A DNA stretch of 64,000 bases from Phoronis australis. Taxonomy: Eukaryota; Animalia; Phoronida. Shown piece after piece: positions 37,560-51,680 of this stretch. Position 1 is the stretch's first letter; each line of letters begins with the position of its first letter. The stretch lies in assembly GCA_002633005.1 (NCBI GenBank), contig NMRA01000877.1, forward strand, positions 1-64,000. The letters are read 5' to 3'. The notes under the pieces were generated by a model, which did no database searches, was not told where the DNA came from, and was given only the letters and a program-made list of their open reading frames with translations. The position numbers and the translations under genes were made by a program.

Positions 37560-38560
37560 TTCTTGTATTGGATTTCTGGGTTTTAGTTTTTGTGTAACGA
37601 CAATATGGTGGTCACTAAGTCCAGGGATGACGTCAGTTATAACTATGTTACTGGGATTGTTTGTCAGAAGGAGATCAAGTTTATTGTTTTCACGGATGGG
37701 TTTTGCTACAGTTTGTTCAAGGAAGTTGTCTTGAATGACATCTAGAAGTTTGTCACAGTGGTTTCTAGTAGGCGTGTTTGGAGGGGTTGGGTACGGGTGT
37801 TCCATTTACCGTTAGGGCAGTTAAAATCACCACCAATGTAAACGCAGGCATTTTTATTTGTAATTCTATAATGGGAGAACTGAGGTGTTCGATGGATGCA
37901 CCAGTGTCATGTGGGGGCGGAAGTATGCGTGAATGTGCATGTCGCGGGAACCGTAAACTCTGAGCTTTAGCCACACTATTTCACCTTCAGTGAGTAGAGA
38001 GCGTTCATCTGAGCTTACGTATTCGTTTTTAATGGCAAATAAAAACGCCACCGCCAGTTTTTTTTTCAACTCTGTCCTTGCGATAAACAGTGAAGTGTTC
38101 ACGGAAGATTTTTCAAGATTCAGTTTCAAGATATAACCAAGATTCTGTGCATAAGATAAGGTCGGGGTTTAAGGACTTAATGGTCTAATTTTCTTATGAT
38201 TGAACGACAAGTAGTCTGAGGGATTTGAAAGACTAGGATTTCCATTTGTTGCCGGGTCTTTGTTTGGGAAAGGCCGAAGGCTGCAAAGGGATGACCCAGA
38301 CTGTGGTCGCTTGATGTAGATGAGTTTAGAAGGCTGAATGTATTGAAGATTCGGTGGTAGATATGTCGAATAGTTTGACTGAATGGTTTATGGCATTGTA
38401 CTTGGTGCAGTGCCATGATATATATATGAGTTTGAACAGAGACCTCTGTCGGATTTCCCTTCCTGTGTACACTGGATATACACAGTTTCTTTGGCGTCGA
38501 CAATATATGCCGAGGGTTGTATCGAGGATTTTTGCGCAAGTGAATCTTCTAGGTTATCTA
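37560..38560 (-). mobile_element. CR1-type LINE fragment: PHD-like remnant plus apurinic endonuclease
   Basis: SWHCTK..AINHS, AIKNEY...EIVWLKL...AYFRP, IGGDFNCP, LEQTVAKPIRENNKLDLLLTNNP...PGLSDH; frameshifted. Confidence 0.88.
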
Positions 38561-40939
38561 GCTATATGTTCAATGCGATATATATTTATTGAAGAATACA
38601 CAGAATATACAAGGAAAATAATGACAAACCTAGAAATCGCGAAGCATTATGTTTTGATTGTGGACATGTAGATGAAAGTAGTATACATAGAGCTAAATGC
38701 ATGCAAGCAGTATCTAATATCAGTATTCAAATATTTAGATATGTTATTATGAAAATAGTGAAACAAAAACATGTCCATATATTGAAATCATATTATCTTG
38801 CTCCTGCTGCACCATAGTGCAGCAAATTTTGGTGAAATTCAGCCAATTTAGCGCACACTTTATTTTCCCAAGTTTTGCCCTTCTATTAGTTGTAATCTAA
38901 TGCACCGTGTATGACTATTGTCCAGCTCAGAAGACGATAACTGAGTGTCAGGGTACTACTTTCTCAGGTCAAGAGGTCATTCGCAACTGTTGCTATTATT
39001 GTGGAACAATTAACTACAAAAGGTAGAGCATTGTGATCATTTCTGGTAAATAACCTCACCAGGAAGCATGTGTGCTTCTTGTCAAATTTTATGGAAAATT
39101 GGAGAATTGTACTCAAAAAGGTACATGTTTCAGAAAATAGAAAGATAGTATAATTTAATTTTCTACTCAACACAAATCTGTCTTAAAATGAACACGTTTT
39201 TACTAAAATTTAGCAAAGAAACAATGTTGCAAGAAAGATAAAGCATTATCAACATGGCCAAATTTCATTTCACATAAATATTCATGAACAGATCTCAAAA
39301 TCTATTTTTAAAATATCTTTTTTTTTATTTTGTGCAGCTTTTAAGATGAAAACTGATGTTTTAGTCATCAAAATCATTCAATTAAAGCCTCAATTTTTGA
39401 CAGTATCTTATTCAAAAACAAGCCCATTTAAAAACCAGTCGGGAGAACAACGTGGATAGCATAGCGTCTGCTTGATTTGATTCCGATAAGCTGTTATTGA
39501 GACGCCAAGTTGGCAAAACTTTGAAATTTTGATCACTCATAACCATAAAGTAAGACATCAACTTTTAACCTGGAGGTGACGGTTAATATCGAATTAAGTG
39601 CAGCATGAACACCTTAACTGTTAATGGCAGGTAAATTTGGATTTAAAACTTTCCGCTTAAAAATCGAAGTGATGTGACATTCGATTGCCAATCACAAAAG
39701 AAAGACACGCGGTTGTTTTAAAATATTTTATTTAAAGTAAACATTTTTACATACATAACACGCTTCTTCTTGATCAAAAGTGATGTTTATAGATAAATAA
39801 TAACAGTCAGAACATCACTTTCCAAATAACTGTGAAGACAGGATATACTCAAAGTAATAAAAATTTAATAGTGATTAAAATCCCTTCTTAACATGTACAT
39901 AAACAAAAGCAGAAAAGTGAATATTCGCAGGCGAAGGTGTCGAACTTATACAAAATGACCAGGAACCAATATCCTAAAGGCAGTCACACAAGATTTTTGT
40001 TAGGGCTGCTATGCAGTTCCTAACTACTATGTATCACACTATGGACTAGAGGTAGAACTTCCGAGAGAAATTTGAATGTCCATTATATATCTACGAAATA
40101 AAAACAAAGTGCCTACAAAAATACTACAGAGCACAACTACACGGAAGGGCATCCAACGTCTCTCAGGAATAATATTATACCGCAAAATGCCCGGCATATA
40201 AAATATACAACGCCGAGTACACAAATCAGGTAACTTGGTCTACAAAATGTGATCGCCAGTATGAAGACCTAGGTCAGCACCATATCAGATTTGTTCAACC
40301 AATACTCCATAGCTAATCAAAAGGACAAATAACATTTATGTGTGTGAGGTCAGGAACCAATGGACCCACATCTACAACGGCTTCTGTTTCATGGAAGTTT
40401 ACTAAGCCTAGAATGTTCTATTGTTGGCATGATGTTATCGGCACTATTGAACAAGTTATTATGTAATTATATCATAGTCAAACCATAGCCTATTACAATG
40501 ATCTATGGGTCAACAAGAACTTCAATTGAGTTTGAATTATTGTGATCCGATCGTGTTTTCACGACGAAATTCTAGGAGATTTGTTAGATACATTTGAGTG
40601 AAATAAAGTTTAACGAAATGAAAAGTTCCGAAATTTTGGAATCGTAAATTAAAAATATTGTGTTAATATAATTCAGACACTGCTGTTAAACTGAGATAAA
40701 TTATACGCCTAAACGTGCACAATTATCCCCATTGATGTTACAGTGACACGCTTTCTAAAACTTGGCGCAATCATACTGTTTACTAATAGCCCGGATGTAG
40801 TAGCTCGCGGTCCAAACGGCAAACAACGCTATACCTAACCGGCTAACAACAATTGTTAGACTGATTAGCTTAGACACTACCGCACCAAAATGAACAATAA
40901 AGATACTAAATTAGTAAAAATATAATAACAACAACTTAC

Positions 40940-41098
40940 GAATTTCTTGCTCTAACCGTGGAAGCACTCGAGCGCGGATTTCGTTGTGCAAGTCGTACTC
41001 GCCACCGGACCCTCCTGGGAAGCGCGCAACGTAGCGATCAGGTGGGACGACCTCGTTGATCACTACGTCCGCCCATATGTCGGCAGCTCGACCACTGC
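40940..41098 (-). other. Orphan GC-rich exon-like segment (53 codons)
   Basis: CTGCAG acceptor, GTAAGT donor, open frame SGRAADIWADVVINEVVPPDRYVARFPGGSGGEYDLHNEIRARVLPRLEQEI. No partner exons found. Confidence 0.45.
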
Positions 41099-44000
41099 CT
41101 GCAGTTTCTCACTACACTAAACACCACCAAAGTGGCCGTCTATTCAAAAATCATCACATTAGGAAATGCCTGAACACACAGGCGTTGCACGACGAAAACA
41201 AACTTTCGTCGAGTCACTACCTTAATTAATGGAATAGTTTAAAAAATTATGCCAACGCAATGACATGTGATATATTATGTGATACTAATCGACAAGAATC
41301 TGTTCAAATGTCTTTTTAAACACTTATTTTGCTAATCTTAAAAAAATTCGAACAGAATGATCTAAAAGAGTCAAAAAGCGTAGATAAATATTCATACGTA
41401 CTTAGGGCCAGAGCCGAAGTACTTTGAAAAACGTCTCAACAATCAACAAATTCAAAAGTGTAAGGTATGGTTTTGCAGTATTTTTCGTCACGATTCGAAT
41501 AAAATGCCAAAACTGACCTCGGACTGAAAGCTAAGTTGTGTTTTTGCAACTGAAAACAACTGGGCTGAAGTAATCAAGTTTTATGACCAATCAACTGACA
41601 ATGTAAACAGATCACACAATGGGGCTAGTTACATGTACGTATGGAGATCTTATGCTGATAAGTGTCACTGAAATCGTTTGTGCGCTACCAGACACTTCGC
41701 TTTGTAAAACGCGGGCGCTTTCGAGCTTTACTTCACCAGCCTCTGTTGCGATATGACCTGCCCAGGGGCAGACAGACAACGTCTCGAGAGGATAAGTTCC
41801 ACCTCCTTCACCGTCACCTCCAGTCACTTTTAAGGTTCTCAGATGTCTCTCCTTGTGCATAACCGAGATTGTTCCGCTCGGCGATTTGCTAAAAATATCC
41901 CACCTGTTGCGACTGGCAGTGGCAATTAACTTCGCAAACCTGCACTTTAGATCAGCCGTCATTCAAATAACGCATTAATGATTTAGTTTTCATTGAGTTG
42001 GATGAACAAGTCTAGAGTAATTTCATATTTTAGTGGGAACTTTTTGTGTGCGTAAAATTAATTTAAAAAATTTAAACAAACCAATTCTATTAATTGTTGT
42101 ATGATATTAACGGCATTTTAATGCGCACAAACGACACACTAGTAATGACTGGTTTAACACGACAAAAACACAAACGTGGGGTCTCAAAATAGTGGAATTC
42201 AGACACGGAGGGCTGACAATTTTTTTTTTTTGTACATTCAAGAGCATGGAGTTTTCGACATGTCCGTGTTATTATTTTCAGTTTTCTCGAGCGGCACCTT
42301 AAATATACTGTAAAGGTACAGGTATAACGCACTGCTGGCTTTTTGCAAGTAGTCTGAGGGATTTAAAAGACTTGGATTTCCATTTATTGGGTCTAGTGTT
42401 GACCATAAGTATAGACTTCACATATTTATCAAAGAAAAAGGTAAAAGTTTATACCGACGGTTCAATGTGAGTGTTGTACACATGCTATTTGTGAAATGAT
42501 GCACACGCAGGAAATCCCAGTAACACTTAACCATAAAAAGGCGCTGAAATATCTGGACTTCGCTATACTATAGGCATTTGATACGTGAAATACCAATTTT
42601 AAAGTATTGTTTGAATCAATTCCTTTGTGGATGAACAAGTATTTTACTATTGACAAATGGTGATTTGTGACCAAGGTGATAGGAACTGAGTTTGTACTTT
42701 CCTTTGTTTGTGTAGAAAATGAGAGGAAGTATAATAGTGCCGTCCCAGGCGACACAGCGATAGAACTCTTTTGTCAAGGAAATACGTGTATGATAGCATG
42801 TGACCTAGTTTCGGAAATCAGGCACGTTTTCTTGTTCTCATTGACATGGGGAACTCGAAGACGTTCAGATCGCGCATCCACGATTATTGTCCAGTTTATA
42901 TAACTTTTCACGTCGGGGTTGCAACCCACAGAACATCGGTAATACTTCGTTGGGATTAGAAGGGCGAATAGAGAAATGCAACCAAGAAAAACGTGTACAG
43001 AATCAGACAACAACAAATAGCATGTGAAACTCCAGTTCCACCAAAAACGAGGCAGCAATTCTGTCTGACGGATGGTTACGGCATCGTGGGTAAATACTCT
43101 ACAGCTAGATTCGAATGTTGCTTATTGTACATGTAGGCCTAATCCGGGATGTCCCTATTGCGTTGTGTTACAGAAAAGTTGCGTATAAACACTTCTTTTA
43201 ACCCATGATATCTATAAAGTGTTATTACAACTAAGGCATAAAACAGTTACGCCCACAAATTCCCCTCCATGGTCGTAACAGTATAATAAGGTTTTAATTT
43301 GAGAGAAGCTTCTTTGAAGTTATATGTTTTTTCTCAATAATTTCTCGTTTAAAAATTTTGTGCTCACTGATCATCAAAGTATAGGCCTGCATTGCGCAGA
43401 TCTTGGTTAAATAATGGTATACCTTTAACGCTAAATTCACAACTGTTCTACGTCACTTGTTTAGCTACAAGAACTAGGCTATAAAATTTAGGATTATGAT
43501 CCTTCAGAAAATTGTGTACAGTTTCGCATTTTAAGATTTTTATTGCATCTTGAATGCAGCAATGAGGTCACTCATGCTAACACCCATTAAAAGATGGCTC
43601 GATCGGACAAGATGTACAACGTGCGTCGTCATTTAAAATTTAAAAGTTTGACCACGTTAAACATTTGTCGTTGTGGGACGCTGCAAACTTGTTTAAAAAG
43701 CAGCCCGAGGCAATTTTTAAGAGCTATTGGCTGACCTACATTTAAATACAAATCATGTTAAGAAGATTTATTTTTATCCCATATATGTGAAAATATGGAT
43801 ACTGTATACGTTACGTTACCAAATATGAATCACGGGAAAGTAGAGCCAATCCGTATACCACGGTAGAGGCCGTATAGAACGGTAGAAGCCGTATTTCCCG
43901 GTTTGGTGAGCAGTCTTTTGATGGAGTAAATTCGCGAGTGCAACACCAAATTTGATTGAGCTCGTTCATTTGGTTACCTAAATCATTAATCCAAGGCGTC

Positions 44001-44838
44001 CTTTCTGAAAAAGCAGTTTTGACTGCTTTAAAAACAGAAAGGATTTACCGATAAAAATTCCGAGGCACGGTGGCTGATCATGGGCGGATATTTTTGGGTC
44101 TCCCAAAAGTTTCAATCTGGGTCAACATAAATAGGTCAAGCTAAATAGCGCCTCCGGTCAACAGAATTAGCCAAAAATCTAATTCAAATCCAACGAAAAC
44201 GTTTCGCTATGGATGAATACAGTATATGTACACTGAGAGCTAAGGTATTTACAGGAAATTGCGACCTAATATCGAGTATGTGTCTTTTTTGACAGAGGCG
44301 ATCGTCTGCTCGCAGACGTTCAACTCTCCGTCGCTGCCTGTCGTAGCGTAAAATCTGCTCTTTGCGATACAATCCTCAGTTACCTCAAGTTCTACTAGTC
44401 AGCACGGTTTCCATCGTTATTTCCAATGCTGTGAACAACACGAGAAAATGTTCCTATTGCTATTTACGGTCCAGAAAATAGACCAAGAAATTCCTCGAAG
44501 CTAAAACGACACACTGCTGCAGAAAACTCCGTTCAGGGGATGTTTCTATTTTTATATTCCCGGATGGACTGTTTCTTAATTTCCTACGAGCTTTGGATAT
44601 TATTAAATGGTTCAGCGCTTTAACTTGAAAATGTCACAAACTAAAGATGCTGATCAATTTCTTATAAAATACAGTGTGAAATTTTAATCGTTATTCAACA
44701 CTTTCACACATTGTCGTGTCGCTTAAAATCCGGTACGGGTACCTTAGCTTACATATGACGCCATATAACAACAAGCCGGATCACACGGCAACAAGGTATT
44801 GCCACTATGATACAAATAAGTCCATACATATGAGATAA

Positions 44839-44989
44839 ATAGGTTATACCACATGCATAGGGATATTACTGCTATATCCTATCTCGAATTCATTCGACCG
44901 AAGGTCGATTTGGGGAATCCCAGATGAAATGAATCCGCTATAGGTTATGGCAGTAGTATTACCATGTGCATGTATGTGGGAAAACCTAT
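44839..44989. repeat. Palindromic element with two internal hairpins (Y/T shape)
   Basis: Imperfect inverted arms of about 55 bp enclose CGACC-GAA-GGTCG and ATTTGGG-GAAT-CCCAGAT. Confidence 0.8.
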
Positions 44990-45613
44990 AATTATTAATA
45001 AAAATGCATTCATATTGGAACGGCAAAACAATGTAATCTCCTCCAGCGAAATTGCCGTCGTAAACAGATCACACAGTCTTCTAGCTGCCACTCCGCAAAG
45101 TAGATCGACGTGGATTCCTAGAAGTTCATGAAATTCCATTGTTTTCGCAAAACTTTAACTCAAATTTCTTCACTCCGTTGTCAATGTGACTTATATTTTG
45201 AAATGATAACCGTGTGTGCAAACGGAAGTGCATTTCAAGCGTAGTGATAACTGAAGTTAATAGAATTCAGGTGATCTGAACTTCGACTATCTCCGCCAAA
45301 GCTTAATAATCTATATATATCAGAAAACACATGATGTGACAAATGACAGAGATTTTAAAAAGGCATGTGTTAAATACCATCGAAAGATCGAAGATATGCA
45401 CACGGAAGTCTTCAGGCAAGCTGATGTGTATGAGTTTGACATGCATGTAAACGGTTTGCTTAAAATGTTTGCCCAAAATTACCTATTCTTAAAAAATAAA
45501 TTAGCAAGCAAATTACATTATTTTTCGCTCTCCAGAAGAGGGTCCTTATATATTCATACGAGACCATCGAGAGGGAGCCCTGTGTAAGTTAATTTAAGGG
45601 CCGCAGCATTTTG

Positions 45614-45694
45614 GTCGCCTTCATGTAGGGTCACTATATTGATAAAGATGTGTCGCCTTCATGTAGGGTCACTATATTGATAAAGATGTGTCGC
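45614..45694. repeat. 38-bp perfect tandem duplication
   Basis: gtcgccttcatgtagggtcactatattgataaagatgt occurs twice. Confidence 0.95.
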
Positions 45695-47411
45695 TTTTTG
45701 GCTGCGGATCCACTTATATTAGTATAGAAGGAAACACATTTGATGCTCGAAAGTTGGTTTCTTGCCTATGACATTTCAAATACAATATGCCATGTAACAT
45801 TATAAACTGATGTATGCACTGGAATAGTTATTCTCACTTTTGGGATAATTTAACTCCTTTCATACTTGTGCGATATTTCTTTCGAAGTTGCTGAAAATTT
45901 ATCTTTGGACCAATGCCAAAATAACTTTATTGCGTATGAGAAAGCGAGAAATCAAAATTTATAGTGGCATAAAACGCGAAAAACAGACTAAAATGAATTA
46001 TTCAAAGTGGTCAAATTGTTCAACAGGTATATGTAATTTTACGAATTTTTTATAAAGATTTTGTATTTCTTTTGGTCAGCAGTGTGTTTGGAGTTTTTGT
46101 AAGCCATACACTGTATGTATAGAGGCATCGAATGCTCTTCACTTCTACAGATTTTATTGAGTCACCATCGAAGATTTCTTCACGGTGTTGGCTGTCCGAA
46201 CTGAATGACACTAAACCGACGTTGAAACGACGTTGTCATGCCTCAGACGGGCAAAAGGTGATGTTATATAACTAATGTATCCTTTAGCTTTATCACTATT
46301 CAGCAGAGCAAACAGGACATGTCCTAAAATGACATAATGGTTTTTGATTTCCAATTTCACTAGGACTCTGTCTTCTGTCACGCTGTATAGGCTCGGGGCT
46401 GTTGTCAAAGCACACAAGAAAAAAACCTGTATTCAGTCACAGAAACAACGTTATAGAATGTGGAATCCCATATGGCAGTTGAGGAAGTCTGACATTATAG
46501 AACCAAATGAAACCATACCGTCACACAAAGACAAAAGGCAACTGTTTGAACAAGTAATTCCAACCACGAAGAGTGGCGTGCCTATTTTCCTGACTATAGC
46601 ATGAGTAAATGTTATGAAATCCCCGCACCATCAAAAACAACTACATGATTGCAGGAGGGGGAACCATAGAGATATGTTACATTTTATATGCGCTACTGCA
46701 CAAGCACACTGGAAGGAGAGTGAGACGGGGACGCTCCCGAAGATAGTTTACAGTAAAACAAAAACATGAGAGTATCAGGTCATATAATATGAGAATATGT
46801 AAACATAAAACACTACAGCTATCTAGAGAAGAGACAATGAGTTACGGTGGTAAGATGAGAGACGACTGTGCCCACAATGCTACGGCAACAGGTGTAGTTA
46901 ACATGTGCAGTCGTGCTGGATATCACACTGAACGATATATCATCTCTTGCCCCGGGGAAGTAAGAACGCGCGTTGTTTTCACGGGCCTGGTTTTGAACAA
47001 GTCAGAAACTGTTGAGGTAAGTGGCCGCTGAAATATTTGCGATTTCAATCGTTTAAAAATACCGAAAATGAAAAAGTACCTTAATGCAAATGGATTATGT
47101 TAGATTCGAAATTAATTCGGGGATTTTGCTCCATTCTAGTCGCTCCGCAGTCTAACAACAGTAATACGTACTTCGCTAACAACTTAATTTGGATTCGGAA
47201 GGAAGAATAGAGAATGCAACCGAGAAAACCTGTGTAAAAAAGTCGACGAACAACACAATTAATGATATGAAGTGGAGCTCCAAATTCGCGGAAATGAGTA
47301 GCACACATGTGCTTGACGGATATTGCGGTATATCGGTACATACATGTATTCCGAACCATCTAATTGCCATTTTTATGATACGAAAGAACACCCCTAGATG
47401 CACGCTGTTTG

Positions 47412-48330
47412 CATAGGCGGATTGAGGTGGGGGCAGGGGCCCCGGGCCCCTCTCTCTTGGCTGCCGAAAAAAAAAATCAAACAGCAAAAAAATAACAGCA
47501 AGAGCGTAGGGAAATGTTGAGTTTATTAATTAATCCCGGTAATCAAAATTTTACGGATGAAACAAGATTTAAATGTGTGCAGTTTTAGAGTTTTTTTTGG
47601 TGTGGGGGCTCAGATCCAATTTCATGTGTCAAATTCGGAACACGGCGCAATCGTAGCGGAACTATGGTTAAGTATACAGGCTCTCCCTCGGTATCCCAGG
47701 CGACCCGTAGTGGAGCTGTGCACTACGACTTCGTTTCCGTCGTCTGCTCCACTGGGCAATGAAAAAAATTACTTCATTTTTTAAAGAAAATGGAATCTGA
47801 GTGACGATGAAAAAACAGAAACGCCTGGTAAAATTGAATTTTAATCGAAGCCTTTGTGAATCACTCAGAAACTCATAATCCTCTCTTTGTCAAACCTTAA
47901 CTTAAGACGATTTCCAAAGCAATTGCGTCTTTATTGCCAACACAAAAAACGGATTGGGTCTTTTGGGCAATTGAAGACATTTTCAATACAAAAAAATTGT
48001 TAAGAACCGATTGCACAAAATATAAAACGTATAATGAGCATTACAAAAAGAAGTAGGTTTCGCGCGCAAACGCTGTGGACCGTAAAACAAGAAGGTCTCT
48101 TAGCATAAAATTTCAAGTTAAATCGGTGGTGCAGTGGTAAAGCAAGCGCGCTCTATCCGCCAGGTTGTGATTTCGAGTCTGTGGTAATTGCATTTTTTCT
48201 CTTTGACACGTTTTCCGTTTTTTTTTCCTTTTTTCTTGGATAATACTTCGTTAATCAAGGAAAATGCTTGATTTTTAGAGGAAAAAACAGGAAAAAAACC
48301 TCCACGGGCGTGGGCAAACCTCCGATAATG
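47412..48330 (+). mobile_element. Family B repeat, copy 2 (CATAGGCGGA terminus, tRNA-like segment near 48125-48185)
   Basis: Aligns with 6338-7262; A-box TGGTGCAGTGG and a decayed B-box TTTCGAGTC. Confidence 0.8.
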
Positions 48331-49295
48331 TTTAATCAATATTTATTTTACACAGGAATGTCTACGTTGAGGTTTACAAAGACCTTATTACAAAGGAGTC
48401 GAGGCCGCTCAGTAACCCGGCGGGACAATGCTGCTGCTGAAACATTGCCCCTCTCGTTTCATGACAAGGTTAGGCAAGTCAGAACAGTGCTCCTTGAAAT
48501 GGCTGGGAGTGAGGAAGTTCCCTAAGAACTTCCTCCGGCTATAAAGATACGGTAAAGACACAGTTGTACATGTCTAATGTGGTACAGTGCAGGTACGCTC
48601 TTTCTTCTATTGCAAACTGTTGAAATTTCATATAATTATGCATGCTTCCACAAATATGCAACTGAATACCACAAGGTACAGTCTGATCAAGACTACAATT
48701 GCAAAATCGGCCTTTTGATTGCACGTTGATGATAATGATAAATTTGTCCTCAGTGCTGAAAATTAGTATGAAACGATTCCTTCCGCATCTGCAGACCCTG
48801 CTGTGAAAATTATTGACCTTTACGTAACTGTTAGGTAAACATACCTAGATAGACTGAATAGCGTCATTATCTACCATCATTAATCTAGTTCCCGATGATG
48901 GAATTGTTTAGTTACGATTTTCGTAACTTTGGATGAATCTCTGGAAAATCAGAAATATTCGACTGTGAGTTGATTTTACACGTGTGAAATTCAACGCGTA
49001 ACTGTAAATTGAACAATAGATACATGAAGCTTTTGGAAATACGACTTCAAAAGTTTCATCGAAGCCCATTATAAAATAAATTAACAATGGGAAATTGCAG
49101 ACTTTCGTTATATTTTTACCAACACTTTTATGGATTGACAACAATTTGGAAATCATTTATAATGTTGCAATGAAGGTTCTTATAACAAAGAAGTTGAAGT
49201 TATTCCGAAAATCTCCAACTCTGAGCAAACCAGAAGATTGCGAATTTGTCAGAATATTGGTCTTTTGAAATGAGTAACTACCGTTTATTTTATGG

Positions 49296-50638
49296 CAGGA
49301 CCGTAGGAAGCAGGTGGCGGGGGATGGGCACGGGCCCCCAAAAATTTTCAGGCGTAAGAGTTAAACCGTGACAACCGACATAGGCGTGGGGCCGGGAACA
49401 GTCGAGAAAAGAAAGACAGTGAAATACGGATAGGAGAAAATTAACGGGAACATTTAACAACTCTGCATCAGTGCATGGTTTACTTTTTGAGAACCCTGGA
49501 AAGGACATTGTCTTTAGGGTATCCGCTTTGCAGCACAAGTCGTCTAAACGCACTCGAAAACATGCACGAAATCAATCATACATGTATTTCGATAAATCAA
49601 GAAAATTTGTAAAGCGAAGCATACTAATTTTTACTGGATTTTTGATTTCAATATGTCAATTTTGAGAATGCAAAACTACATTTTTCCAGATGCCCCTGTC
49701 TGACAAAAGACAAAATTCCTTTCTTTTTTTTCAAAACTGCCTATTACTTGAGAAAATTGATGTCCTGGCAGATATCATCAATTGCTGCGCATTTCCTGAT
49801 ATTTGAAAATTTAGATATATTCATGCTTGGGGTCCCCGCCCTTGACGTTCAAGTGTCCACCTTTTTCAGTTTTTATTGACAAATTCTTAAGGGGGCGCTC
49901 ATGGAGAGAGGACCCAATGTTGGAATCGATTACCTCTATTTTCCTGTTTTTTGTGAAATCGTGTAACCGGCTTTCATGTTGAAGGTCACTCCCTGCATCG
50001 TTTTGGGACCACAAGACAGTGGAATGCATTGTCACTCTTTTCCAAGCTTAATGATGTTTAGCCTATCATCTAAAGGTGTCCCATTTCAGAATGTACGCTC
50101 TCTCGGTGGAGCAGTTTAGGGGAAATGTCCGTTTGCCCGTCTATATACATGTATGTAAATCCAACGCTGCCAAGTATTCATGATCAAAATTGAGATTCCA
50201 AATTCATCAAAAAACACAAAACATTACTGCATAGCACAGACATTCGACTCAAAAACGAAAATGTAAAAAAATTATAGTATAATTGCCGCGATCGAAAGGG
50301 TGGAATTTTGAAGAACGTAAATACCGCTATTTGTGAATTAAACAAAAGGACTATTTCCGATGGTTAGTTATGAAATAATGTTCATGTTTCTCGTAGTATC
50401 ACAGGAATAGTATCTCTTTTGAAGATGGTTACTATGAGTTGTTTTTAAGGAATTCCTACACATGGAAAACACTGCTGTCTAAACAAGGTGCCATTTGTGA
50501 TGACCTTGTACATGAAAGGGAGCACTCAAAGAACTCTCGCAATCATTTTTTAAAGATTTCAGCGGTTTTTTTGTCATTGGAGTTCAAGTTTACCTCGTGA
50601 ACCGTAATACATACCTCAGAAATGAGCAAAAATACACC
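49296..50638 (+). mobile_element. Family C DNA transposon, copy interrupted by Kolobok
   Basis: CAGGACCGTAGGAAG start; colinear with 18045-19566. Confidence 0.85.
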
Positions 50639-50642
50639 TTAA

Positions 50643-51452
50643 AGGAGCATGCCAAAAAACATACTAAATTTGTATCAATTTAGATCGAGTAGTTCTACTC
50701 CATAACGGCACGTACGGTTGCGTTACCTGACACCTAACGGCAGACGGAGGTGTTGAAATTATCCAATGATGTCATCGGTTTCACACGCAGTCTGTTCAGC
50801 AGTTCACAACACGGGTTGCTGGTACTCAGCTTATCGCTTGAAGTCATCGTTTAACACCAATAAATCATCAAACTTCGATGTAAAACCCTTAAAAATACAC
50901 CGAGTTCTTATAAAAACGTGTTGTTTTATTTCGCTCTTACGGATTTATTGGTATTTGGACACACCGTAGCCTACAAAGTTCGGCAGGCCAATAAGGTCCG
51001 TAGCAGGAGTTTGGGGTCTGTTCGGAGATAATTTCGAAGTATTTTCCGTGAGATACAGACAGGAGAACCTAGATCTGTGTTGTTTAGACTTGTGATTTTC
51101 TGAGTTCTAAACACAAAACGCTTGTTATCCTGGCCAGCGGCTCGGAGCCCGATCAGGCCCGTCGCGGCCGGCCGTATTTACTCGTTATCCCGGCCAGTGG
51201 CTCGGAAAATGATCAGATATCACGAACATAAACCAGCCAAAGTTCAATGGAAACTAAACTTCCAATCAAGAAAATACTATACTAGTGAGCCAAAGAAATG
51301 TGCACGCGATTATGTTGGTGAAACGAAACTGCAAATCTACTTACTCGTCGGGGGCCGCGAATTCAGGCTCCGCTTTAGTCACAGCACAGTCAGGGCAGTA
51401 GTTGTACATTGACAATCATTATTTGAATAATTTAAATGTAAATGAAGATTCC
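50643..51452 (-). mobile_element. Kolobok-type element, copy 3 (half element)
   Basis: TTAA|AGGAGCATGCCA; aligns with 26522-27337. The THAP half and second TIR are absent. Confidence 0.88.
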
Positions 51453-51489
51453 TTTGCCGATGGTGCACAACTAAATTCTTATTTTTAGA

Positions 51490-51680
51490 AATGATTTACG
51501 ATGAAACACGATAACAAAATAATAGTCGCGGATACACCGTTTTTAGTCCACCGATAGATTTTCTGTACAGAAGATCTACGCCGTCGGTCCCCGCAACTCT
51601 TTCGGCCGCCGGTGCAACATGCAACCGCGCTTTGCCCCCGAGGATATTGGCCTCCTTATGATATCCTAGATCCGCCACTG
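51490..51680 (-). mobile_element. MITE fragment (CAGTGGCGGATCTAGGATA family)
   Basis: Ends TATCCTAGATCCGCCACTG, as at 30924. Confidence 0.7.

Noticed and set aside
41612-41962. 116-aa minus-strand ORF near the orphan exon
   Set aside because: No recognisable domain or convincing splice sites.
48125-48185. tRNA gene candidates (also about 7095, 8100, 25165 and 61345)
   Set aside because: Only A/B boxes are present, without complete acceptor and anticodon stems; these are SINE-like relics.
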